A stretch of 64,000 nt of DNA from Candidatus Poribacteria bacterium (GCA_964291315.2 OZ219753.1:1536001-1600000); one strand, 5' to 3'. Positions 40,541 through 51,329 are shown, counted from the stretch's first letter. The notes: a model not told the origin generated them from the letters alone. Numbers and translations: made by a program.

Positions 40541-42484
40541 ATGGTTAACAATGTTTTTCCACCGGTGGAAACCGACTATCCTATTGACTCCGCGCACGTC
40601 AACAGCTTAAAGGCATACCAAGCAAAGTATGCCGAATCCATCCGAGACCCCGAAGAATTTTGGGCAACAGTGGCAGACCGATTGGCGTGGTATCAGAAAT
40701 GGCATACTGTTCACGATTATGACTTCGTTACAGCAGAAATTAAATGGTTTGAAGGCGGTACACTGAACGCTTGTTATAACTGCCTTGATCGACATGTAGA
40801 GGCTGGGCACGCGGATACAACCGCTATTATTTGGGAGGGAAACGACCCGTCCGAAGATCAGAGATTTAGTTACGGTGAACTTCTCGCCGAGGTAAAAAAG
40901 TTCGCCAATCTCTTGAAAGCAGAAGGTGTCGGGAAAGGGGATCGCGTCTGCATCTACCTGCAAATGGTTCCTGAGTTAGCGATCGCGATGTTGGCGTGTG
41001 CAAGAATTGGCGCTATACATTCCATCGTCTTTGGTGCTTTTTCAGCGGAAGCCCTGCGTGACAGAATTAACGACTCAGCGTGTAAAATGCTCATTACCCA
41101 AGATACCGCGGTGCGCGGCCCCCGGGGCGACATCCCGATGAAGGCAAACGCCGATGCCGCGGTTGCCGAATGTCCGTCAATTGAGAAAGTCATTGTTGTC
41201 AGACGCACCGGGGACCCGGTCGACTTTGACGCATCGCGAGATATTTGGTGGCATGAGGCGATAGTAGAAGCAGACACGGAATGTGAACCCGAGGTTATGA
41301 ATGCCGAAGACCCGCTCTTTATTTTGTACACTTCCGGGTCAACAGGAAAGCCGAAAGGGGTCTTGCATACAACAGGCGGTTACCTCGTTTATACCTCTTA
41401 CACACACCAACAGATTTTTGACTACCACAAAGGTGATGTCTATTGGTGTACCGCCGACATAGGATGGATTACCGGGCACTCTTACATTATCTACGGGCCC
41501 CTTGCAAATCGGGCAATTACTGTTATGTTTGAAGGGGTTCCCAACTATCCGGACTTTGGAAGATTTTGGCAGATTGTCGAAAAGCACGGCATTAATATCT
41601 TCTACACCGCTCCAACCGCGCTCCGCGCCTTGATGAAGGAAGGCGATGCATGGGTCGAGAAGGCCGACCGCTCCACACTCAGGTTGCTCGGCACAGTTGG
41701 TGAACCTATCAAAGAACCCGAATGGCTGTGGTACTATAATGTAGTTGGTAACAAACGTTGTCCTATTGTCGATACGTGGTGGCAGACTGAGACAGGCGGA
41801 ATCCTCATCACTCCGCTCCCCGCAGCAACGCCATTAAAACCCGGGTCAGCAACCTTTCCGTTCTTTGGAATTGAACCGGTGATACTCGACGAAGCCGGGA
41901 ACGAAGTCAAAGGCAATCCTGCAACAGGCTATCTCTGTATGAAAACCGCCTGGCCCGGTATTATGCGGACGATCTACGGCGATCATGATCGGTTTTTGGA
42001 TACCTATTTTCGCCGATTCCCCGGTTACTATATGACAGGAGATGGGGTCCTGCGTGATGAAGAGGGTTACTATTGGATTACAGGTCGTGTAGACGACGTT
42101 CTGAATGTTTCTGGGCACCGGTTGGGAACCGCCGAAGTTGAAGGCGCTATCGGGCAACATGAGGCGGTTGCAGAAGCAGCCGTAGTCGCCTACCCTCACG
42201 ACATCAAGGGGCAAGGTATTTACGCTTATGTCACGCTAATGACAGGTGAATCTCCATCTAATACAATAGAAACGGGGATCAAACAGGCAGTCCGACGACA
42301 TATTGGCCCTATCGCTACACCTGACAAGATCCAGTTTACATCCGCATTGCCGAAAACGAGATCCGGGAAAATTATGCGCCGTATCCTCCGAAAAATAGCA
42401 GAAGGTGATATCACTGAACTCGGTGATACCTCAACCCTCGCTGATCCGACGGTTGTTGAGACATTGGTTGAAGGGAGGCAGTAG
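40541..42484 (+). CDS. acs: Acetyl-CoA synthetase
   Basis: [27 protein letters not shown] and [12 protein letters not shown] motifs. Confidence 0.97.
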   Translation: MVNNVFPPVETDYPIDSAHVNSLKAYQAKYAESIRDPEEFWATVADRLAWYQKWHTVHDYDFVTAEIKWFEGGTLNACYNCLDRHVEAGHADTTAIIWEGNDPSEDQRFSYGELLAEVKKFANLLKAEGVGKGDRVCIYLQMVPELAIAMLACARIGAIHSIVFGAFSAEALRDRINDSACKMLITQDTAVRGPRGDIPMKANADAAVAECPSIEKVIVVRRTGDPVDFDASRDIWWHEAIVEADTECEPEVMNAEDPLFILYTSGSTGKPKGVLHTTGGYLVYTSYTHQQIFDYHKGDVYWCTADIGWITGHSYIIYGPLANRAITVMFEGVPNYPDFGRFWQIVEKHGINIFYTAPTALRALMKEGDAWVEKADRSTLRLLGTVGEPIKEPEWLWYYNVVGNKRCPIVDTWWQTETGGILITPLPAATPLKPGSATFPFFGIEPVILDEAGNEVKGNPATGYLCMKTAWPGIMRTIYGDHDRFLDTYFRRFPGYYMTGDGVLRDEEGYYWITGRVDDVLNVSGHRLGTAEVEGAIGQHEAVAEAAVVAYPHDIKGQGIYAYVTLMTGESPSNTIETGIKQAVRRHIGPIATPDKIQFTSALPKTRSGKIMRRILRKIAEGDITELGDTSTLADPTVVETLVEGRQ

Positions 42485-42581
42485 ACTTTAGGATCGCAAC
42501 CGCTGTCAGAAACCCCCGGCCAGGCGAAGAAGATATCCGTGACTTCCACAGACTGATTGTTCACTACCGACCGCCATATTT

Positions 42582-43097
42582 ATGACGAATGAGGAGCAGA
42601 AATTGGCATCCGCACAAAAAATTGTAGATGAATTGAAAAGACATGACATCACCCATGCCGTAGGCGTTCCCGATAACGGTAGCGCGCGGATCTATGAAAT
42701 TTTGCGGACAGACCCGGGAATTGATGTCATCACGGTAACTCGTGAAGCCGAAGCGTTTGCTATCGCATCCGGGTTGTACGTCGGAGGTAAGAGACCTGTC
42801 ATTATTATTCAGAACACAGGATTCTTGGAATCCGGAGATGCTATACGCGGCACCGTTGTTAACATGCAGGTACCCGTGGTCGTGTTCATTGGTTATCGTG
42901 GGTATCACAACCGCGATGCGAATGGAAATTGGGTCGACTCTGTCGCAACCTTTCTGGAACCGACGTTGAAAGCATGGGGGTTACCTTATGAAATGCTGGA
43001 AGCGGATCACGATATTTCGTGTATCAGTAGAGCGTTTGAAAAAGCTTCCTCCACGTCTTTTCCAGCGACAGTCCTACTAATAGGACATGCAAAGTAA
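42582..43097 (+). CDS. Sulfopyruvate/phosphonopyruvate decarboxylase alpha-subunit-like TPP enzyme (N-terminal domain only)
   Basis: GVPD, TREAEAFAIASG, IQNTG and IGYRG motifs; 171 aa. Confidence 0.8.
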   Translation: MTNEEQKLASAQKIVDELKRHDITHAVGVPDNGSARIYEILRTDPGIDVITVTREAEAFAIASGLYVGGKRPVIIIQNTGFLESGDAIRGTVVNMQVPVVVFIGYRGYHNRDANGNWVDSVATFLEPTLKAWGLPYEMLEADHDISCISRAFEKASSTSFPATVLLIGHAK

Positions 43098-43310
43098 TTT
43101 TCTAAAGTTCTGATTTCAGCCTTATGAAGAACTAGCAATCTCGCTGAAATCTCCAGAATACTTTTTCGGCAAGGACAATCGTTGTACACGGTTTTTCCGA
43201 GGCGGCAGGGCCCGATTGTGCTTTTGTGTTGTCTTTTTTCGGAAATTTTAGTAAGATATTTTAGTAAGGTGTAGTGTCATGCAGTTTTCCGTTTTTTTTA
43301 AACATTTTAC

Positions 43311-43340
43311 TTGACAAAACGTTTAAGAAGAAGGTATTAT
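43311..43340 (+). promoter_or_regulatory. Putative sigma70 promoter of the sigma factor gene
   Basis: TTGACA, 18 bp, TATTAT; AAGGAG RBS before ATG 43403. Confidence 0.55.
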
Positions 43341-43402
43341 TAATTTTCGTATCTATATTATTATCACATGAATCATGAATATTGTAAATTAAGGAGAGGA
43401 GA

Positions 43403-45007
43403 ATGATGGAAGCCGAGTATTTCGGTGAAACGGCAGCAAATATAGGGAGTGTTGAATCTTACATAGACCCAGCATTTCCCATGGACGAAACAGAGCATCC
43501 TAAGAATTGTAAAGGAAGCGATCGGACAGCATTAACAAGTTGGCTCCGAAGCGTGGCCGGTCACCGCCTATTAACGCGAGAAGAAGAAGTTGAATTGGCG
43601 AAACGGATTGAAGCGAGCAATGCAAAAGCACTCGACGAACTCCTAGATGTACTGGTAAAGGTAAACCTACTATCTCCTGAGATAAAAGTAGCCCTATTGA
43701 AACACATTGAAGCCGGCGAGAGCAAGCTACAAAAAGCATTGGATAAACTCCTAGAGAAACTGGTGGAAAATAACCGATTATCTTTTGATATGAAAGAGGA
43801 ACTCGGAAAACGGTTTGAACCTAGCGGAGATAATGTCCGAACGGTATTGATAGGAGAGCTGCAAAGTGTTGTGGTGCAGGCTGATGTATTATCTGACAAA
43901 CAAAGAAAAACCCTGGCGAAACGGATTGAAGCGAGCAATGCAAAAGCACTCGACGAACTCCTAGATGTACTGGTAAAGGTAAACCTACTATCTCCTGAGA
44001 TAAAAATAGATCTGTTGGAGCAGATTGAAGCCAGCGAGGCAGATGTACTCGAGCAGCTCCTAGATGTACTGCTGGAAAAGCGTATATTATCTCCTGAGAT
44101 GAAACAGACGTTAACGAAACGGTTTGAGTCTGGTAGAGGTAATATCCGGAAAGCACTTGTAGAAGAGCTGCAAAGCGTTTTAGAACAATCCGACAAATTA
44201 TCCGGAGCGCAAAAAAGAAAACTCGCGAAACGGATTGGAGATGCCCAAGTAGAAGGACACAGCGCTCGAGATGAACTTGTCCAAGCCAATCTACGGCTCG
44301 TTATTTCTATTGCTGTTAAATACCAAGGCCACAACGTCCCACTTGAAGACCTAATTCAGGAAGGAAACATCGGACTCATTAAGGCTGCGAGCAAATTTGA
44401 TTATCGGAAAGGCTTTAAATTCAGTACATACGCTATCTGGTGGATTAAGCAGGCTATCATGCGTACGCTAGACAATTTTTCTCGATCAATCCGATTACCT
44501 TCCTATATTGTCGCAAAAATGAACAAATTCGACGTTCTCTATGCAACGTTGTGCCAGGAGCTGCAACGTGAACCGACATGTGAAGATATAGCAGAAGCTT
44601 TGGATATTACTGTCAAGCAGGTTGAAGAGATTATGACCTTTAACGCTGATACGATTTCAATGGATGTACCGCTCAGTGATGAACGTTCCGCTTCGAGGCT
44701 AGGCGATTTAATCGAGGATCCAGCTACAAGCGGCGAGAAAGGGCCTATCACTGAATTGATTAACGAGGATTTAATCGCTCAATTTCTCGAAAGGCTGCCA
44801 GAGCGCGAACAGCAAGTTCTTAAGATGCGCTTTGGGCTCGAAGATGGTGAAAGGAAGACGCTCCGCGAAATTGGAATTGCACTGAAAGTTACCCGAGAAC
44901 GAGTGCGCCAACTGGAGATAGAGGCAATTAAACGATTACGCGTGTTGTATAATGAGCTGGAAGAGTTCCAACCGAATCAGTCTTGGATAGGTGAAACTGC
45001 CGCGTAA
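43403..45007 (+). CDS. Sigma70-family RNA polymerase sigma factor (RpoD/RpoS-like, no region 1.1) with an internal repeat expansion
   Basis: Region 1.2 LLTREEEVELAKRI, region 2 ANLRLV..DLIQEGNIGL..KFSTYAIWWI and region 4 TLREIG..VTRERVRQLE. Confidence 0.92.
   Translation: MMEAEYFGETAANIGSVESYIDPAFPMDETEHPKNCKGSDRTALTSWLRSVAGHRLLTREEEVELAKRIEASNAKALDELLDVLVKVNLLSPEIKVALLKHIEAGESKLQKALDKLLEKLVENNRLSFDMKEELGKRFEPSGDNVRTVLIGELQSVVVQADVLSDKQRKTLAKRIEASNAKALDELLDVLVKVNLLSPEIKIDLLEQIEASEADVLEQLLDVLLEKRILSPEMKQTLTKRFESGRGNIRKALVEELQSVLEQSDKLSGAQKRKLAKRIGDAQVEGHSARDELVQANLRLVISIAVKYQGHNVPLEDLIQEGNIGLIKAASKFDYRKGFKFSTYAIWWIKQAIMRTLDNFSRSIRLPSYIVAKMNKFDVLYATLCQELQREPTCEDIAEALDITVKQVEEIMTFNADTISMDVPLSDERSASRLGDLIEDPATSGEKGPITELINEDLIAQFLERLPEREQQVLKMRFGLEDGERKTLREIGIALKVTRERVRQLEIEAIKRLRVLYNELEEFQPNQSWIGETAA
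43596..44005 (+). repeat. Exact 92-bp direct repeat (43596-43687 and 43914-44005), 318-bp period, inside the sigma gene
   Basis: TGGCGAAACGGATTGAAGCG...CTCCTGAGATAAAA occurs twice and encodes AKRIEASNAKALDELLDVLVKVNLLSPEIK. Confidence 0.95.
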
Positions 45008-45029
45008 ACACCAATCACGGAAGGCAATT

Positions 45030-45644
45030 ATGAAAAATTTCTTGAAAAAGCTCACAGGGCCTGAAACACCTTTACTTGAAGTTACAGAGGCCGCACACAG
45101 AAAAATTCAAACAGTCATACAAGCCGAAGAAGTTGACGTCGAAGGGGTACGGATCGCTATTCAAGGTAAAACTGCCGCGGCTTTCCAATACAGCCTCGGC
45201 TTAGCTACTGAAGTTCAAGACAATGATATTATCGTTGATTGTGAAGATTTTAAAGTACTCGTTGATGCAGAAAGTGCCCCTGACCTCAAAGGGGCTGTTA
45301 TTGACTATATCGAGGACCTGAATTCCAGCGGGTTTAATATCGAAAATCCGAATACGCCGACATGGGACAATCCCAAGGCACAGGAAATTCAGAAACTCAT
45401 TGATGAGCGCATTAACCCTGCTGTCGCTGCGCATGGCGGACAGATAGAACTCATGAACGTCGAGGAGGATTCTATCTACATTCACATGGGCGGCGGATGC
45501 CAAGGTTGTGGGATGGCGAACGCCACTCTCAAACACGGTATTGAAGCGATGATTCAGGAAGTTTTTCCAGAAATTAAGCATGTCGTTGATGTAACAGACC
45601 ATGCTGCTGGGAATAATCCGTATTATTCTGCAAGCAGAGGTTAA
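45030..45644 (+). CDS. nfuA: Fe-S biogenesis protein NfuA (degenerate A-type domain plus NifU-C domain)
   Basis: INPAVAAHGG, GGGCQGCG and DVTDH..G.NPYY motifs. Confidence 0.9.
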   Translation: MKNFLKKLTGPETPLLEVTEAAHRKIQTVIQAEEVDVEGVRIAIQGKTAAAFQYSLGLATEVQDNDIIVDCEDFKVLVDAESAPDLKGAVIDYIEDLNSSGFNIENPNTPTWDNPKAQEIQKLIDERINPAVAAHGGQIELMNVEEDSIYIHMGGGCQGCGMANATLKHGIEAMIQEVFPEIKHVVDVTDHAAGNNPYYSASRG

Positions 45645-45680
45645 AACGGGCGGGCAGATGTAGAAATCTGCCCGTTTCTG
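45644..45680. terminator. Bidirectional terminator hairpin between convergent genes
   Basis: CGGGCAGAT (45651-45659) / ATCTGCCCG (45666-45674), with T-rich sequence after it on the plus strand. Confidence 0.75.
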
Positions 45681-45683
45681 CTT

Positions 45684-46652
45684 TTAAACTGACACCACCT
45701 CTGCCCCTGAATTGTTCGCCCGTGTAATAAAACAGGTCCCCCCATTCGGAAGTGTTTTCAAGAATCTCTCTGTTTTCCGATTAAGTTCTTCGATGTCCTC
45801 GCCTAACACACAAATCGCCGGGCCCCAACTGCTGACCGCTGCTCCAAAAGCACCGCTATTGCCTAAGAAATCAAGCGTTAGTTGTAACTCATCACCTTGT
45901 GCATCAATTTCTACCCGTTTCCACCCAAATTTTTGGATACAATTTAAAGCGTTGCCGAAGGTGAGCATGTCCCCCTCAATGAGAGCAGGGAGTATCTGGA
46001 GTAAGAGTATATGAGAGAGTTTCTGAGCAACCCATTCGGGTTGTGGACACAGCGTCTGGAACAGCTCTATTTCTGCTTCTCCGTAAATCCTGGAACAGTT
46101 CGGCATCACAATCAGCATCTGCCATTCTGGAAACGGGTAGCGCAGTAGAACCGGGGGTGGTGCAATGTCACCTAGGGCAGAAGAAGGAAGAAACGAACCT
46201 TTCTCATCTGGAAAGCGATGTCCACCGTCTACGATGAAACCTCCAGTGTCAAACGCTGCAACACCGATACCTGAAGTCCCGCCTCGTCCTGCTATTCTTG
46301 CAAGCTCTTGCACATCCAAACCGAGTTCATACAATACATTGACTGCCTTAGCGATCCCGAGAGCGAGTTGCGTTCCAGACCCAAATCCACAATGCATCGG
46401 GATTTCATCTTCAAACGTTAATTTGATACCGGGAAAAGGATAAATGTTTCGGATCTTCTCAAGAACCGAAGAGGCCCGGTCGCGGTACACAGAGGATGCT
46501 ATATGAATGCCGGTGGCTCGCTCTGCAACAATTTGAAAATTAGGAGCAGTAATTGCCAAACCAAAGCCCCCATCGATTCGTCCAAGCGCACCGTTCAGAT
46601 CAAGCAGAGAAAAATGTAGCCGAGATGGAGTGATAATTCTGACAGCGGGCAT
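45684..46652 (-). CDS. Beta-ribofuranosylaminobenzene 5'-phosphate (beta-RFAP) synthase family, GHMP fold
   Basis: TPSRLHFSLLDLNG..GRIDGG.G, HCGFGSGTQLAL, GRGGTSGIG..AF..GGFIVDGGH and SSWGP motifs; start uncertain (46652 or up to 46694). Confidence 0.88.
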   Translation of the reverse strand: MPAVRIITPSRLHFSLLDLNGALGRIDGGFGLAITAPNFQIVAERATGIHIASSVYRDRASSVLEKIRNIYPFPGIKLTFEDEIPMHCGFGSGTQLALGIAKAVNVLYELGLDVQELARIAGRGGTSGIGVAAFDTGGFIVDGGHRFPDEKGSFLPSSALGDIAPPPVLLRYPFPEWQMLIVMPNCSRIYGEAEIELFQTLCPQPEWVAQKLSHILLLQILPALIEGDMLTFGNALNCIQKFGWKRVEIDAQGDELQLTLDFLGNSGAFGAAVSSWGPAICVLGEDIEELNRKTERFLKTLPNGGTCFITRANNSGAEVVSV

Positions 46653-46811
46653 AGTTGGATTAGTTTTAGATAGGCTTGTCGGCGTAACTGGCAAACATGG
46701 TTTCTATAGAATTGGATGTCCTGGGAAGGAGACCCCGCCCGTGCAGTTTTAACTCAGGCAAGGGTATTCACTTTACTATATCTTTAATTATTCCGCGCCT
46801 GCTCCATTATG

Positions 46812-47492
46812 TCAGTTTTGTCTAATGTCCCGTTCGATTAAACCGTCCCGAATATGCAGCACCCGCTTGGCATGTTCTGCGACTTCCGGCTCGTGTGTTA
46901 CCATGATGATGGTATTTCCTTCGTCATTAAGCCGTTTGAAGATCGCCATGATCTCATCTCCTGAACGGGTATCTAAGTTACCTGTCGGTTCATCAGCGAA
47001 GATCATTGACGGTTTATTGACTAGAGCACGCGCAATCGCAACCCGCTGAATCTGGCCGCCTGACAATTCTGTTGACTTATGATCAACCCGGTCCGCCAAT
47101 CCAACCGCTTCTAAGGCTTCAAATGCCCGGCGTTTCCGCTCCTTTCTGCCTAGGCCGGAGTAGATAAGTGGTAATTCAACGTTATTGAGTGCACTCGTCC
47201 GGGGCAACAGGTTAAATGATTGAAACACAAAGCCGATCTTTTTATTTCGGATATCTGCAAGACGATTGTCCGACAGTTTGCCGACCTCTTCGCCTTCGAG
47301 GAAATATTCGCCAGATGTTGGAGTTGCTAGACATCCCAGGATATCCATCATCGTAGACTTCCCCGACCCCGATGGTCCCATAATCGCAATGAACTCACCG
47401 GGTGTTACCGTAAAGGTCACGCCTCGCAACGCGTGTACACGAACGTCCCCCATTTGGTAAATTTTCGTCAGATTTTTTACATTTATTAACAC
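46812..47492 (-). CDS. ABC transporter ATP-binding protein (MacB/LolD-like)
   Basis: [23 protein letters not shown] and VTHE motifs. Confidence 0.95.
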   Translation of the reverse strand: MLINVKNLTKIYQMGDVRVHALRGVTFTVTPGEFIAIMGPSGSGKSTMMDILGCLATPTSGEYFLEGEEVGKLSDNRLADIRNKKIGFVFQSFNLLPRTSALNNVELPLIYSGLGRKERKRRAFEALEAVGLADRVDHKSTELSGGQIQRVAIARALVNKPSMIFADEPTGNLDTRSGDEIMAIFKRLNDEGNTIIMVTHEPEVAEHAKRVLHIRDGLIERDIRQN

Positions 47493-47631
47493 AACGTATC
47501 CTCCTTAGCAGTACTGACATGAAGCTAAAGATATATCTAAGCTTATAGTCCTTATTTTAAGCCTTTTCTTTCTGAAGCAATATCAAAAAGGAAGAGAATT
47601 AGGTTTATCTATAAGGGCGAGCAAGCAAATT

Positions 47632-49608
47632 TTACCTGTCGTCCTCATCATTTGAAGTTTTTTCATCCTTCGTTAATTCTTGCATCGAAGGCACAAAAAC
47701 CCGATCCCCTTCTTTCAAACCACCAGTGATTTGAAAATGTGTGTTATTGCGCTGACCGATTGTAATGTGAGTCTTAGTGCCCTTTCCGTCTTTGTTATTG
47801 TCATCATTAGATTCTCCAGTGTCTAGCATGACAAAGTGCTGTCGTTCACTACTCACTTCAGCTTCAATATCAGGGAGGACATTTCCATCGGTAATAAGAA
47901 TAGATATCTCTATTGGCCCCTTTCTTAAACCTTTCTGGTCACCTTCAAACAAAATTTCAAGATTACTCCTGTTCTCCTCCGGTAAAATTTTGCCAACCTG
48001 TCCACTGAACTCTTTTCCCACCAGATTCCGGATTTTGAGTTCTTGACCTTCCCTGAATTGTTCCAAATCCCCCGGATTGACCTTCGCTCTGACGGTAAAA
48101 ATCTCAGGGGTCAGCACTGCTACGATTGGAAGTTGCAGAATATCTGATTCTTCAAACACAATGATGTCTACATCAGCAGACATCCCTGGCAGTAATTCTT
48201 GCGGTGAGCCAATGACCTCTACATCTACTTCGAAAGTGATAACAGAATTCTGGTTTTGTGAACCCCGCGGTGTTGCGCTCGGTGAAATCTCGCTGACTCT
48301 CCCCGGGAAAATACGGTCGGGATAGCTATCAACACTGATTTCAGCCCGTTGATCTTTTTTTATTTTTCCAATCTCTACTTGATTGATTTGTGTTCTGACA
48401 ATCATCTGGTCGAGATCGGCGATCCGCATGATCGCTTCCCCTCGTGAAAAAGCTGAGCGTCCTGAGGTGATAATTTCGCCCTCTTCCACAATCAGACGTG
48501 TAACCGTACCAGAAATAGGGGCGGTGACTGTAGTCCATTCGTATCGCTCCTGCTGCGATTTGAGTCGACTTTCCGCCTCAAGCCGGTTTGCCTCCGCACT
48601 AACTCTCGCATGTATTGTTAACTCTTTTTCTTCTTTTATCGTTTCTTGTATTTGTTCTAAACGAGTTTGCGCGTCTTCAAGTTCAGCTTTGTACTGCTTA
48701 CGCTGGGCATCTAAAGATTCTTTGAGCGTCGTTACGTTCTTTTGATTGAGCTCAAATGTTGACACCCTACTCTCAATTGCTTCTTCCCGCGCTTTGATGT
48801 TTTCCTCCTGAGATTTTACCGTCTCATGTTGCGAGTCAACCTCTTTTAACGCTGTGTCGTAATTCGATTTAGCGATAATGAGTTGTTTTTGTGAATCTTC
48901 CAATGCCTGTTTTGAAATAAGCTGCTTTTCGAAGAGTTCCTTGTTCCGTTCATGCTCCGATTGTGTAGTCTCATAGGAGATTTTTGCAGATTCAACTGTT
49001 GATTGTGCGCGTTCAAGCGTCAGTTTCGCTTGTGATAAGGCAATTTCTGACTGCTTCAATCCGATGATGTCTTGATTAAGAGAATTCCGGGTCGTCGCAA
49101 CGAGGGTTTCAGCCTCGGTTATACGCTGCTGTGTAGTAGCAACAAATGCGGCTAAAGTCGCTTGCGCCTTAAGGACAGAATTTTCTGCTTGTGCCAGATT
49201 ACTATCCTGCTGTTTTTCAGTTATCTGGATACGGAGTTCCGCACGTTTTAGCTCAGCCTTGCGCGCCTCAAGATTCGCCTCTGCTTGTTTCTTTTCTTCT
49301 AAAATTTGCTCGTCATCAATTCGGAGCAGCGGATCTCCTAACTGAACCGAGTCGCCTTCGTCAACGAGAATTTCAACGATCTCGCCCTCAACATTTGAGC
49401 GGACATCCACCTCGCGGAAGGAGCGCAGGTTGCCAGACTCACGCACCCTCACACGGAATTCTCCACGGCGCGCGACCTCTTGTTTAACTTCTGACTCTTC
49501 CTTTCCTCGACCGGAACTGAAGTTCATACGGGTCACACCGATGGCTCCAACGATAACAACAAGGAGGACTATTGCACCGATGATAATCCACTTTTTCCTG
49601 GTTTTCAT
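47632..49608 (-). CDS. Efflux periplasmic adaptor (membrane fusion protein) with a long coiled coil
   Basis: N-terminal TM, split lipoyl halves (VEGEIVEILVDEGD / APISGTV), beta-barrel LLPGMSA and GLKEGDRV. Confidence 0.9.
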   Translation of the reverse strand: MKTRKKWIIIGAIVLLVVIVGAIGVTRMNFSSGRGKEESEVKQEVARRGEFRVRVRESGNLRSFREVDVRSNVEGEIVEILVDEGDSVQLGDPLLRIDDEQILEEKKQAEANLEARKAELKRAELRIQITEKQQDSNLAQAENSVLKAQATLAAFVATTQQRITEAETLVATTRNSLNQDIIGLKQSEIALSQAKLTLERAQSTVESAKISYETTQSEHERNKELFEKQLISKQALEDSQKQLIIAKSNYDTALKEVDSQHETVKSQEENIKAREEAIESRVSTFELNQKNVTTLKESLDAQRKQYKAELEDAQTRLEQIQETIKEEKELTIHARVSAEANRLEAESRLKSQQERYEWTTVTAPISGTVTRLIVEEGEIITSGRSAFSRGEAIMRIADLDQMIVRTQINQVEIGKIKKDQRAEISVDSYPDRIFPGRVSEISPSATPRGSQNQNSVITFEVDVEVIGSPQELLPGMSADVDIIVFEESDILQLPIVAVLTPEIFTVRAKVNPGDLEQFREGQELKIRNLVGKEFSGQVGKILPEENRSNLEILFEGDQKGLRKGPIEISILITDGNVLPDIEAEVSSERQHFVMLDTGESNDDNNKDGKGTKTHITIGQRNNTHFQITGGLKEGDRVFVPSMQELTKDEKTSNDEDDR

Positions 49609-49611
49609 AGT

Positions 49612-50988
49612 TTATTGTAACACTCCCATTGCGTCTTGCAGACGGGTTTGTGCGATCTTGTAATTGTAAAAGGCGTTCACTTGATTCGTCAATGCTTGTG
49701 CGTAACTTGTTTGGGCATCCAGCAATTCCAGCAAAATTGCTTTGTCCACATCAAAGCGTCCTTGGATCACATCTAGACTCAGTTGGGCATTGATAACTTG
49801 TTTTTTGGAAATGTCGAGGGAGATTTCACTTCGTTTGAGGTTTAGGTATGCTTGTCTAACCGCAAGAGCCACGCTCCGCTCCAGATCGCTTGCGTTTTCA
49901 CGGGTTTGCTCTAACTGCATGTTTATTTCCTTGACTCGGTTGCTCAAGATACCTCCGTCAAAAAGGGTAAAATTTAGAGATGCCCCAATACTCCAGCTCC
50001 GGAAGTCAGAGAAATTCTCACGCTCACGGAGATAATCGTCAAGATTAACATCGTAATTTGCATCTGCATTCAAGCGAGGCCAGCGTTGTAGTTTTGCAAG
50101 GGTTAAGCTCCACTCTTGTACCTTTAACTGTGATTGGATTTCTTGAAATTCCGGTCGATTGTCAAGGGCTGTTTGTATAGCTTCTTCTACCGATATTTCG
50201 ATCCTGTCAATTGTGCCCCGATCTTGATACAACTGATACAATTCGTCAACTGCTACAGTAAGAAGCACCCCGGGATCTAAACCTAGAAGCCGTGGCAATG
50301 TTGCCTGTGCTGTTTGAAGTGCATTTTGATTGTTTACTAAGTTTAACTGATCATTTGCTTCGCGAACCTCGGCGGTGGCAATATCTGCCGGAATGAGCGA
50401 TCCCGCCTCTACGAAATCCCGCGTCCGCCGGGTATTCTCTTGAGACCTCGCTAGAATTTGTTCGCTCACGTTGACGAGTTCCTGCGTTTGCAGGACATCG
50501 TAGTAAGCCTGCGTAATATTAAGAATTAAGCCTTGTTTAGTTGCCTCGTTGCGGCTCACTGTAGCGTTCAAATTTTCTTTTGCCTGTGCAAACCCGCCTT
50601 CGCGTTGCCCGTTATCCCAAATCGTATATTGTCCTCGGAGCCCTAAATTATAATTTTCAGTTTCAAAACCGAAGTCAACCCGGTCAGAAAAATTATAACT
50701 ACCGGTCGCGAAAATTTGTGGAAAATAACCAGCGCGTGCATTTCGCACACGAAGTTCTTGGATCGCAAGATTCAGGCGGGCATTCCGCATAGTTGTCGCT
50801 TTTTCCAAACCTATTTGAATACACTGTTCAAGAGTCAAAGGTTGCGATAAATCAATTTCACCTTCCGGCCCTTGCGCACTTACACACAATCCCCCTATAA
50901 ATTGAGTCATCAAGATAACTGTTAGCAGTAGGTTTGGCACTCTCACAAGTTTTGACAGAACAGCAAACTTCGTTTTTCCGTGAATCAT
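49612..50988 (-). CDS. TolC-family outer membrane efflux protein
   Basis: LTLEQCI, AYYDVL, NRPE, AVRQAY and LELLDAQ repeats; ATG 50988 with an AAGGAG RBS. Confidence 0.9.
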   Translation of the reverse strand: MIHGKTKFAVLSKLVRVPNLLLTVILMTQFIGGLCVSAQGPEGEIDLSQPLTLEQCIQIGLEKATTMRNARLNLAIQELRVRNARAGYFPQIFATGSYNFSDRVDFGFETENYNLGLRGQYTIWDNGQREGGFAQAKENLNATVSRNEATKQGLILNITQAYYDVLQTQELVNVSEQILARSQENTRRTRDFVEAGSLIPADIATAEVREANDQLNLVNNQNALQTAQATLPRLLGLDPGVLLTVAVDELYQLYQDRGTIDRIEISVEEAIQTALDNRPEFQEIQSQLKVQEWSLTLAKLQRWPRLNADANYDVNLDDYLRERENFSDFRSWSIGASLNFTLFDGGILSNRVKEINMQLEQTRENASDLERSVALAVRQAYLNLKRSEISLDISKKQVINAQLSLDVIQGRFDVDKAILLELLDAQTSYAQALTNQVNAFYNYKIAQTRLQDAMGVLQ

Positions 50989-51329
50989 TAACTTCTCCTT
51001 GTCCTTACCGATGCATGTAGACGAGCGTTCCAAGCACGCCTCTTATGCCAACTTAAAAGTTTTCATTCGCAGGTTCTAGAAACCTAGTCGGTACAATTTC
51101 TTAAGTATGTGTCTTGATTCTATAGCAGATGCTTAAGTTTTTAAGCGCAAATTTTGGAAACTTGCAAGCTGAGTCAAGAAACCATAATTTATAATCTTTT
51201 GACGTAATTTCCCACTAAACGTTTAGACATTGTAACACCTAACATAGTTCTTTTTTCTTGAAATCGTTCACGATTTTTGTTAAACTAATCATTTAAATAG
51301 ACTCTAATCGGAAATTGTAGGTAGAACCT

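Noticed and set aside
43561-44334. 257-aa antisense ORF over the sigma repeats
   Set aside because: Ser-rich antisense shadow of a Glu/Leu-rich repetitive coding region.
43403-45007. Calling the sigma factor rpoD
   Set aside because: No region 1.1, and divergent region 2.4/3.0 residues (KQAIMRTL, RLPSY); more likely an alternative sigma factor.
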